Program-made: the position numbers and the translations under genes
Part shown: one piece after another, positions 7,913 to 14,574 of the stretch
Position numbering within the stretch: the stretch's first letter is position 1
How the letters are laid out: every line of letters starts with the position of its first letter
Notes under the pieces: generated by a model
Told to the model about the DNA's origin: nothing
Seen by the model: the letters and a program-made list of their open reading frames with translations, nothing else
The model's database searches: none
DNA from: Bdellovibrionota bacterium
GTDB taxonomy: Bacteria > Bdellovibrionota_C > UBA2361 > JBGSMV01
Assembly: GCA_044356455.1 (NCBI GenBank)
Contig: JBIKWF010000110.1
Span: 1-14,574 of the forward strand
Direction of reading: 5' to 3'
Length of the DNA stretch: 14,574 bases

Positions 7913-8563
7913 TTAAGAGTGCATTTCGACTATTTTACGTCGAAAGAGCTCCTCCAGGAATGTAGCTCGGTGTTCTGTGTTTATCCCGGCCGGTAAGAGT
8001 GCACTCACTCGAAGGGCGCCTGCCCGTGCGAGCCTCCCCAACGCTCTCTGGGCCACTTGGTTTGAAATGAATAGGGAGGAACCGCAACATACGCCTAACG
8101 TCCCGTCAATCACCCCTACGGCGCACAATGGAGACAGCACCAACAAGGGGTCATCATCAAGGTTTAAGACCGAAAGGACCTTAATCTGAAAAATGAGATC
8201 TGAATTGGGCGGCACCTCCTCAGGGACCCCACGTGATCCATACCCGAGCTCAGATGGCACACGAACAAGCGCAAAGTCTCCTTGCCTCAGTAAAGTCAGG
8301 GCTTTGCTAAATCCTAGAATGAGAGATCTGGAAGGCACGGAAGTGACCATCTTCACCGGCCGAGCGCCCGTCCCATCGAGTGAAGCGCCCCCCATTAACC
8401 ACGCGCGATAAGAAAGCTCAACAATTGCATTTTCTCCCACCCTTTTCCCATGTCCATGCGCCCGCCACGCGCACACGAGACCACTCGGATCCGTCACCAC
8501 ATGCCGCCCCTCTGAGAGCATCTGAGCAAACAAGGCAGGGCCAACTACCCATCCATACTTCAT
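7913..8563 (-). CDS. FKBP-type peptidyl-prolyl cis-trans isomerase with extra C-terminal domain
   Basis: Residues ~22-132 match the FKBP pattern (VELSY...LDGT...LILGF...VPSELGYGSRG...VPPNSDLIFQIKVL). An additional ~80 aa follows at the C-terminus, and the start overlaps the upstream gene by 4 nt. Confidence 0.88.
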   Translation of the reverse strand: MKYGWVVGPALFAQMLSEGRHVVTDPSGLVCAWRAHGHGKRVGENAIVELSYRAWLMGGASLDGTGARPVKMVTSVPSRSLILGFSKALTLLRQGDFALVRVPSELGYGSRGVPEEVPPNSDLIFQIKVLSVLNLDDDPLLVLSPLCAVGVIDGTLGVCCGSSLFISNQVAQRALGRLARAGALRVSALLPAGINTEHRATFLEELFRRKIVEMHS

Positions 8564-10824
8564 ATTTGCGGTAGCCTCCGCTCAGATGCAAAGGAGCTGA
8601 TACCAGGCTCAAAGAACTCGCTTCGTGATTTCACTGAGGATCCATCCGAGCGAATCCAAAGAGAAGGAGCGCGATCTTCTATGGGGCTGAGATAGGCTCC
8701 TCGGTAGAGAGTGCCCTTTTCTACAAGATGCAATACGGGCAGGTCGCTTTGCTGAGTCGAGAGAAGCTCTGCATTTCTGTAATAGGAGTCGCTGCCAAAA
8801 ACAAGACAAGCGCCCTCCGCCCCAAGCATCCTCGTTTCCGGAGTAATAGATCTCCAATAAGCGAGTCTGTCTTCTATTTTTCCGGGCATGGCATGACTGC
8901 CTACAATCAGAGGCAAAGCTCTCGATGGAAAAAGACTCTCGGAGCTAAGAGCAGCCTGCGGCTCCGGCGGCTGCCCCCCATCGAGGAGGCCCTCATCAAG
9001 TAAGCCCTCATCAAGTAAGCCCTCATCAAGTAAGCCCTCATCAAGTAAGATTGCCCGACTAAGATTGGCAACTGCCGCAGTGGACACTCGGGGCTTCCTG
9101 AATGGCTCAGCGGAGAATGCGGGCTTATCAAGAGGCATGCGAGAAACCGCGCGACTAAATATTGCAAACGGCAACTCTTGCTCCACCCATCGAGAGGGTG
9201 AGAGGCCCACTACGATTTCCAATTTGGTAAAGGGCTCCCAATTCTTAAATTGCTGCCTGATTATTGCAGCAAGTTCAGAAAAATAGTCGGCTTCCGGGAA
9301 GCGCAGAATTAGGGAAATGGTGCAGGTAAAGGAAGCATTCTTTAACGCATTGCCGAGCGTCTGGACCCACGCAGCGCCGGGTAGGTCCTGGAGAACCGTG
9401 ATCATTGAGTATCCGGTTGAGTCGGAACTACAAGAGCGACGCTCGCTTTGGTAGATCCGTCGCATGTTTCTAATTTCTGGCCACGGAAGAGCAAAGGAAG
9501 CGCGAGCATTAAGACCCCAAGACTCCTTTTGCTTAATATGGCAATCACGCATTTGGGCCAGAAATAGCTCAGAGATGCGGCGTCTCTCAACTCGACGCTT
9601 CTCACGGTTCGTCATGTGCGGAATTTCAATTAAAGAACCCGGGGAGAGGTATTTGGGCCAAGAGCCTCTCTGCACCACGGGCTTGAGTCGAATCCCACTG
9701 TGGGCAGGATCGGTTGTATCGGGAGACCCGAAATAAAGCTGGTTCCAATTGCCAGTGTTGTTTCCATTGAAAAACAGCCCCTTACTTCGAATAAAGTCAA
9801 AGGTGGATAAAATTGAGGGCTCCGAGTCCCCCGCGTTTCCCATCATATGAAGAAATTCGACTTGAATTCCCTCTTTGAAAATAGCATCCACTGTGGCAGA
9901 GAATCCGTCCAGAGTCTGGCCTTTCCCCATGCGCGCCAAGGCTTGGTTATCGGCGGACTCAAGTCCCATCGCAATTTTTGAAACCCCTGCCAACTTCATT
10001 GCGCTGAGCATTTGAGCATCAAGAAGATCTGCGCGTGTTTCACACCAGAAATCCAGGCTGAGACCAAGCTTTGCGATCGCGTCGAAGAGCTCCAAGCAGC
10101 GCTTGCGGTTGACGCTGAATAATGGGTCTGCGATCCAGAAGCTGCGCACGCCTTTACCATAGAGCCAACGCACCTCTTCGATAACGCGAGAGATTGAGTG
10201 GTATCTAACTCGTCTCTGACTCAAGAAAGGTGTTACGCAGAATCTACAGCTAAAGGAACATCCTCGAGAAGTTAACAATAGTGCCCGCTCATGGGGCGAC
10301 ACGGCAATAATTCCCTCAAGGTAGGGCGAAGGATACGAATCGAGATCGTCCGGTAGCGTTGGCCATGGCCGCTCCGCTATGGTCCCAAGCGAGTTTCTAA
10401 AGGCGATTCCTGGAACTGTGTCGACCGGGTCACCCCTATCAAGCCGCAGGAGCAACTCGCTGGTGACGATTTCCCCCTCCCCACGACAAAGATAATCAAT
10501 GTTAGGCATCTCAAGCAGCGCGCTTCCCGGCATTGCGGGCACCTGCGGTCCTCCCAATAATATGTGAGAGCCGAGCAGCTCCTTTGCAAGTTTCGCGAGG
10601 CAGAGGACCTGGTGCATCGACTCATTGTAAGCGGCAATTCCCAAAAGAAGCGGCCGCTCTCGATTAAGAATTTCGAGAAATCCTGAAAGTGAGGGCCTGT
10701 CACGTGCAAAATCAATGATGGTTGCTCTCGCTCCTAGTTTGGCAACGTAGGCGGCGATATACCCAAGCGCGATATCGTTTCGGGTATGGGAGCAGGGATT
10801 TACAAGAAGGACAGATGACTTCAT
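8560..10824 (-). CDS. Cobalamin-dependent (class B) radical SAM enzyme, probable C-methyltransferase, with long C-terminal extension
   Basis: 754 aa with an N-terminal B12-binding domain (LLVNP...LGYIAAY...LLGGPQ...RGEGE), TSRGCSFSCRFC (CxxxCxxC), ETRAD and GLESAD. Confidence 0.92.
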   Translation of the reverse strand: MKSSVLLVNPCSHTRNDIALGYIAAYVAKLGARATIIDFARDRPSLSGFLEILNRERPLLLGIAAYNESMHQVLCLAKLAKELLGSHILLGGPQVPAMPGSALLEMPNIDYLCRGEGEIVTSELLLRLDRGDPVDTVPGIAFRNSLGTIAERPWPTLPDDLDSYPSPYLEGIIAVSPHERALLLTSRGCSFSCRFCVTPFLSQRRVRYHSISRVIEEVRWLYGKGVRSFWIADPLFSVNRKRCLELFDAIAKLGLSLDFWCETRADLLDAQMLSAMKLAGVSKIAMGLESADNQALARMGKGQTLDGFSATVDAIFKEGIQVEFLHMMGNAGDSEPSILSTFDFIRSKGLFFNGNNTGNWNQLYFGSPDTTDPAHSGIRLKPVVQRGSWPKYLSPGSLIEIPHMTNREKRRVERRRISELFLAQMRDCHIKQKESWGLNARASFALPWPEIRNMRRIYQSERRSCSSDSTGYSMITVLQDLPGAAWVQTLGNALKNASFTCTISLILRFPEADYFSELAAIIRQQFKNWEPFTKLEIVVGLSPSRWVEQELPFAIFSRAVSRMPLDKPAFSAEPFRKPRVSTAAVANLSRAILLDEGLLDEGLLDEGLLDEGLLDGGQPPEPQAALSSESLFPSRALPLIVGSHAMPGKIEDRLAYWRSITPETRMLGAEGACLVFGSDSYYRNAELLSTQQSDLPVLHLVEKGTLYRGAYLSPIEDRAPSLWIRSDGSSVKSRSEFFEPGISSFASERRLPQI
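8974..9048. repeat. In-frame 15-bp tandem repeat (VNTR) encoding (LLDEG)4-LLDGG
   Basis: GCCCTCATCAAGTAA occurs 4 times exactly at 8989-9048, with one degenerate unit at 8974-8988. Confidence 0.95.
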
Positions 10825-10833
10825 TGGGGCAGT

Positions 10834-10862
10834 ATCATCGGGTAGCTCTCGGTCTCAGTCAA
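10834..10862 (-). promoter_or_regulatory. Possible sigma70-type promoter for the minus-strand operon
   Basis: Minus strand TTGACT (10862-10857), 17-nt spacer, GATGAT (10839-10834), ending 9 nt before the ATG at 10824. Confidence 0.3.
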
Positions 10863-11042
10863 TTTCTCACTGAGAAAGACCGAGTCAGCTAAGTACTTAG
10901 CGAATGAAGGTTCGATTTTTAGTAATTACCTGAAAGCAAACGATGTTTGAGTCGGTTGCCCTGAGATTGAAGATATATGTTGACGCAAGACGCAGCCTTT
11001 CATACCCTTGTTTCTGTATATTTTTTTGGAGGGATACCTACC

Positions 11043-11222
11043 ATGACCCCGCGTTTACCTGGATCTGATATTGATTCTATTTCCGAGAGTGACTCTGCTG
11101 AGGAACTCGCATCGAATGACGTCCGAGAGGAAGAAGCTCCACGTATTATTGAGCTTAAGAAATCCGTAGAAGGGATGAAGGTTTCGGAAGAATCCCGCTG
11201 TCGTCCGCATCATTTGCTGTAG
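11043..11222 (+). CDS. Small acidic peptide (59 aa), candidate RiPP precursor
   Basis: GGAGGG Shine-Dalgarno at 11028-11033, 9 nt before ATG 11043. Sequence MTPRLPGSDIDSISESDSAEELASNDVREEEAPRIIELKKSVEGMKVSEESRCRPHHLL. It lies upstream of the rSAM/SPASM gene on the same strand. Confidence 0.7.
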   Translation: MTPRLPGSDIDSISESDSAEELASNDVREEEAPRIIELKKSVEGMKVSEESRCRPHHLL

Positions 11223-11380
11223 TTGAGTGTATTTGCTGCTTGTGAGCGAGTTCGATTTTTAATTTCTTCGTGATTGTTTTTTTGTTTACCGTTATCGAAC
11301 TAGAACCTCATTTGCGGGCGCTGCATCAATGATAGTGGCCTAGTTCAGCTGTACAAAATTGAGATTCAGGAGACTTTATT

Positions 11381-11764
11381 ATGAGAAAAACGCCTAAGTA
11401 TCTGAAAAGATTCTCTGCGATTGCTGCTGCGATGTCAGCTTCGCTTGTTGCGAGTTCTGCGATGGCAGCACCGACAGTGGCTGCTGAGGGCGCTGTGGTG
11501 ATGTCGATTCAGCAGGTAATGGAGGCGATAAACAATGGCTGTCAAGTTTCATTAGTTGGGCCTGCAACCGCGTCAGGGGAGCTTCTTGCTCCATATAATC
11601 GCGAAAAAGGTGCAGCTGACGCGAAAGTTGCCGCCAAGTGGGATGGAGCCGCTGCCCCCGCGGGTCCAAGTTCTGGCCCATCGCCATTCTATCTTGCTAA
11701 AGTATCGAACCAGAGTGGAGGACCGGCCGCATCGATTGCCGTTGCCGACTGCGATAGGGCTTAG
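11381..11764 (+). CDS. Small Ala/Gly-rich secreted protein of unknown function
   Basis: AGGAG Shine-Dalgarno at 11368-11372. Basic N-terminus, hydrophobic stretch and AMA/A signal peptidase I-type site after residue 29. The mature part has two Cys. Confidence 0.8.
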   Translation: MRKTPKYLKRFSAIAAAMSASLVASSAMAAPTVAAEGAVVMSIQQVMEAINNGCQVSLVGPATASGELLAPYNREKGAADAKVAAKWDGAAAPAGPSSGPSPFYLAKVSNQSGGPAASIAVADCDRA

Positions 11765-11791
11765 ATACTGACGCTGATCTAATTGTCTAAG

Positions 11792-11834
11792 GTGCAGGGA
11801 TGCAATGAGTAATTGCTTCCCTGCACTCAGTTTT
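11792..11834 (+). terminator. Stem-loop after the secreted-protein gene (intrinsic terminator or mRNA-stabilising hairpin)
   Basis: GTGCAGGGA-T-GCAAT / ATTGC-T-TCCCTGCAC stem (11792-11826) followed by TCAGTTTT. Confidence 0.6.
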
Positions 11835-11882
11835 CCTTACGCCTCCTCTGACATCAACATTGACTCCCGATGAGGAGAGCAC

Positions 11883-13256
11883 GTGACTTTGAGTGAAGCC
11901 ATCCCGGCAGATACTAACGCGTACCGCGTAGTCTGGAATTCGAGGCTAGGAGAGGTGGTCATCCTCGCTGCATCGCCCTTTGGCTCGGACGGAATTCTCA
12001 ACAACTCGGCGGGCAAAATACTAGATCGGCTCTCAACCGAGCCTGAAAATTGCGCTCAAATTATCAAGCAATTTCCGGAATTTTTCTCGACGCTTCAGAC
12101 TCATCATCTCATTGGGCCTTTGGGCGATATGAGAGCGTCGTTTCGCGCGTTCCGTGGGAAAGAGCAACTCAAATCGATACAAATAGAGCTGACAAGAGTT
12201 TGCAATCTTCGTTGCTCTTATTGTTATTCTGAGAGTGGCCCCTGGCAGAAAGGATCCGGCTTGCCCCTCGAACAGGTGTATAGAGTCCTCAAGGAGGCAG
12301 AGGAGCTGGGTTGCATTACCGTTGATTTTACGGGTGGGGAGCCCCTTGCATATCGCTGGTGGAAAGAGGTTCTTACAGAGGCACGCCGCCTCGGCTTGGT
12401 GACTACGCTGCACACCAACGGGACACTTCTCACTGAGCCAACAGTAGAGTTTCTCGCAAAACTCCCGCTGCGCCATCTTCAGGTCTCGCTTGATTCTCAC
12501 CTTCCGGAAGTCCACGATCGAATTCGCGGCATGCCCGGAGCTTGGGAAAAGGCTGTTGCCGGCATCAAAATCGCTCAGAGACTTGGGATTTTTGTGCGTG
12601 TTGCAATTGTTGCTCACAAGGAGAACCGAGATCACTTCCGGGAGGCCGTTAGTTTTTTCAACGAATCGTTAGGTGTCTCCACGAAGATGGACCGTATTAT
12701 TAAGACTGGCGGAGAGAAGACTGCCAATTTAGGCATTTCTACCAAGGAGTACTACGAACTAATTGCTCCGCTCACCGCTAAGGGGGCCGTGGATGCTCGA
12801 GTTTGCGAATCTTCAGTTCGAACACACCGAGAGCGTATAGAACCTGCGTGTGGCGTAGCACACAGCTTCCTTTACATCACGGCAGAGGGAGAAATTGCTC
12901 TTTGTCCAACAATGACATCTCGTGACGACCCAAGGTTTGGATCTCCTCGCCTCGCCGATGTTGGAATTCGTGAGGCCTGGGAAAGAAGTCCCTACATCGA
13001 GTCCTATCGGTTCTTAAACTGTCGCAATGTCGACTCCTGTCCTACTGGGGCCGCATGTGGAGGCGGATGTCGCTCTAATGCCTATTTTGAAACAGGAGAG
13101 CTCGATAGCCCCGATCAGTTGCATTGCAATCTTAACAAGAATGGTGAGTTGCAATTTAAGGATTTTCTGGGAGAGTATGCCAAGGCGCAATCTGAATTGG
13201 TATCGATAAAGCCAAGATCCATCAAGCCAAGATCCGTCGCAGCAAGGACGTCTTAA
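11883..13256 (+). CDS. Radical SAM/SPASM-domain peptide maturase
   Basis: 457 aa with GTG start and GAGGAG Shine-Dalgarno. It has CNLRCSYC, FTGGEPL, TNGTLL, QVSLDS and SPASM cysteines (CGVA...GEIALCP...CRNVDSC...CGGGCR...HC), plus a ~90-aa N-terminal extension. Confidence 0.93.
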   Translation: MTLSEAIPADTNAYRVVWNSRLGEVVILAASPFGSDGILNNSAGKILDRLSTEPENCAQIIKQFPEFFSTLQTHHLIGPLGDMRASFRAFRGKEQLKSIQIELTRVCNLRCSYCYSESGPWQKGSGLPLEQVYRVLKEAEELGCITVDFTGGEPLAYRWWKEVLTEARRLGLVTTLHTNGTLLTEPTVEFLAKLPLRHLQVSLDSHLPEVHDRIRGMPGAWEKAVAGIKIAQRLGIFVRVAIVAHKENRDHFREAVSFFNESLGVSTKMDRIIKTGGEKTANLGISTKEYYELIAPLTAKGAVDARVCESSVRTHRERIEPACGVAHSFLYITAEGEIALCPTMTSRDDPRFGSPRLADVGIREAWERSPYIESYRFLNCRNVDSCPTGAACGGGCRSNAYFETGELDSPDQLHCNLNKNGELQFKDFLGEYAKAQSELVSIKPRSIKPRSVAARTS

Positions 13257-13295
13257 GTCCAGGACATTATTCACACTCATTCGCAATATTAGAAC

Positions 13296-14144
13296 TTGGA
13301 TAGACCAATGAGTCTCCCCACAAGATATCGACTTATTAACCCACCACACGCCGGGTTGGAATGGCAAGTTCAGCATCAGTTATCGCCTGTAGAGCGGCGC
13401 GAGCTTTCCGAAAATGGTTTTATTGTTCGGACCGATCTCTTTGATTCGCAAACAATTCTCAAAATGCGCGCCGCGGTAGACGATCTCGCCGCGATGGAAG
13501 CCTCGAGAGGGATCGCCGAGTTCACCCGATGGGGTCAATACATCCCATTCCTTATTGAGAAGCACGAAGTCTTTTTGCAGCTCGTGTATCATAAAAAACT
13601 TATCGGGATTGCTCGTGAAGCGCTTGGGCCTCAAGTTCAATTTGACCTTGTGGATGCTCGCATCACCAAATCAGCCAAAGAAGTTGTCGAGTGGCACATC
13701 CATAACCAGTGCGTAGTAGAACCTGCTCCACTATTCCCCTGTTACCCGCACTCTATTCACGTCTTAGTTTACCTAGATGATATTAGCGAAGACAACGGCG
13801 CACTTTGTGTGATGCCTGGCTCGCACCGCAATCCTTCTAACCCGTGCCCCGTTGGGGACAGGGCGCACGAAGATCTGCCGGGACAGGTTGTGATTTCATG
13901 TCCGGCTGGAACTTCTGTTGTGGTCCATGCCCACCTTTGGCATCGCACTATTTCTCCTCGTCAAAGAGAAATAGACCGTAGGATGCTTATCGTTGGCTTC
14001 CTACCGGCATGTGTAAAGAGTACCACTCATCAGTCTGATGAATTTTATCGCCGAGGGTCTCCCTCCGAAAGATTGACCTCGCAATTGCGGGTGGGTGACG
14101 ACCCCGAGATTAGGGAGCTCCTGGGGGAGTACTTTTGGCCCTAA
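13296..14144 (+). CDS. PhyH-family Fe(II)/2-oxoglutarate oxygenase-like protein (start may be ATG 13308)
   Basis: ENGFIV, VYLDDISEDNGALCVMPGSH, PAGTSVVVHAHLWH and RRMLI match PhyH. The first metal motif reads WHIH rather than WHxD. Confidence 0.85.
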   Translation: MDRPMSLPTRYRLINPPHAGLEWQVQHQLSPVERRELSENGFIVRTDLFDSQTILKMRAAVDDLAAMEASRGIAEFTRWGQYIPFLIEKHEVFLQLVYHKKLIGIAREALGPQVQFDLVDARITKSAKEVVEWHIHNQCVVEPAPLFPCYPHSIHVLVYLDDISEDNGALCVMPGSHRNPSNPCPVGDRAHEDLPGQVVISCPAGTSVVVHAHLWHRTISPRQREIDRRMLIVGFLPACVKSTTHQSDEFYRRGSPSERLTSQLRVGDDPEIRELLGEYFWP

Positions 14145-14384
14145 CGCCCGATGGCGTTAGCAAATCGCGACCAACGGGTGTGCACTGTGGATGTGTACTG
14201 TTGTAGATTGGCCCGGCCCGCCTTCGCCAAGCATGCTCAGCCAAAGCTCGAAGAGCGACGGCTAGACTGCGGCGCGGTCGCCTCGCTGCAGAGCTCCGCC
14301 GCAGCGCTTTCGGCGCGGAGGCGAGGTGGCCAACTTACAACGGAAATCTCAAGGCCCCGATAGGGCTCCCGTGAGAGGTAAGGG

Positions 14385-14485
14385 CTAGGAGTCTGTCCCG
14401 TAAAAATTCTGACCACTACAATTTGTGGTGGCAACGGGACAGCCCACCTAGGAGTCTGTCCCGTAGGACGGGCCAGACTCCATAG
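14385..14485. mobile_element. Two adjacent miniature inverted-repeat elements (IS-end remnants or MITE-like) bounded by CTAG
   Basis: CTAG-GAGTCTGTCCCGT...ACGGGACAGCCCAC-CTAG-GAGTCTGTCCCGT-AGG-ACGGGCCAGACTC-CATAG. CTAGGAGTCTGTCCCGTA is directly repeated at 14385-14402 and 14448-14465. Confidence 0.5.
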
Positions 14486-14574
14486 GTACAGCGCTCCCCG
14501 AAGGTCGCGCGGGTGAAGTAATAGATTTTATAGTCTTACGCGCCTAATTTTTAGGCTTCTTTCCAATACATCAG

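Noticed and set aside
8989..9048. CRISPR array or non-coding repeat
   Set aside because: The units are contiguous with no spacers and are in frame within a CDS. No cas genes are present.
8907..9167. Alternative-frame ORF with (YLMRA)n as a multi-core precursor peptide
   Set aside because: It lies wholly inside the B12-rSAM gene, and the peptide repeat is a by-product of the 15-bp VNTR.
10977..11042. Longer 81-aa version of the precursor ORF
   Set aside because: There is no good Shine-Dalgarno before 10977, whereas GGAGGG is well spaced before ATG 11043.
12033..12635. 200-aa antisense ORF, and the other nested or antisense ORFs in the track
   Set aside because: They are shadows of well-supported genes and have no recognisable motifs.
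11043..13256. Assignment to PQQ, mycofactocin or His-Xaa-Ser systems
   Set aside because: The peptide lacks ExxxY, IDGxCGVY and HxS motifs, and I see no PqqB/C, MftD/F or Hxs partner genes.
14151..14434. ORFs 14151-14363 (+) and 14237-14434 (-) as further precursor peptides
   Set aside because: Neither has a clear RBS, and both run through GC-rich palindromic repeats and IS-like ends.

Overview
The window is almost entirely one accessory tailoring-enzyme gene cluster that looks like an undescribed RiPP or peptide-derived-metabolite system. Around a divergent intergenic region (10825-11042), a minus-strand operon encodes a cobalamin-dependent radical SAM enzyme, an FKBP-type prolyl isomerase with an extra C-terminal domain, an arginase/agmatinase-family hydrolase, a class I methyltransferase and a small HExxH protein. 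The plus strand encodes a 59-aa acidic candidate precursor peptide (C-terminus ...SEESRCRPHHLL), a 127-aa signal-peptide protein, a radical SAM/SPASM maturase and a PhyH-type dioxygenase with an unusual HxH motif. A left block carries a GNAT acetyltransferase, a TldD/TldE protease pair and a second PhyH-type dioxygenase. That block lies between two diverged group II intron 3' ends (domains V-VI) that share the same downstream flank. The right end has IS-end-like miniature inverted repeats at CTAG sites. All product calls come from motifs read by eye; no database search was run.
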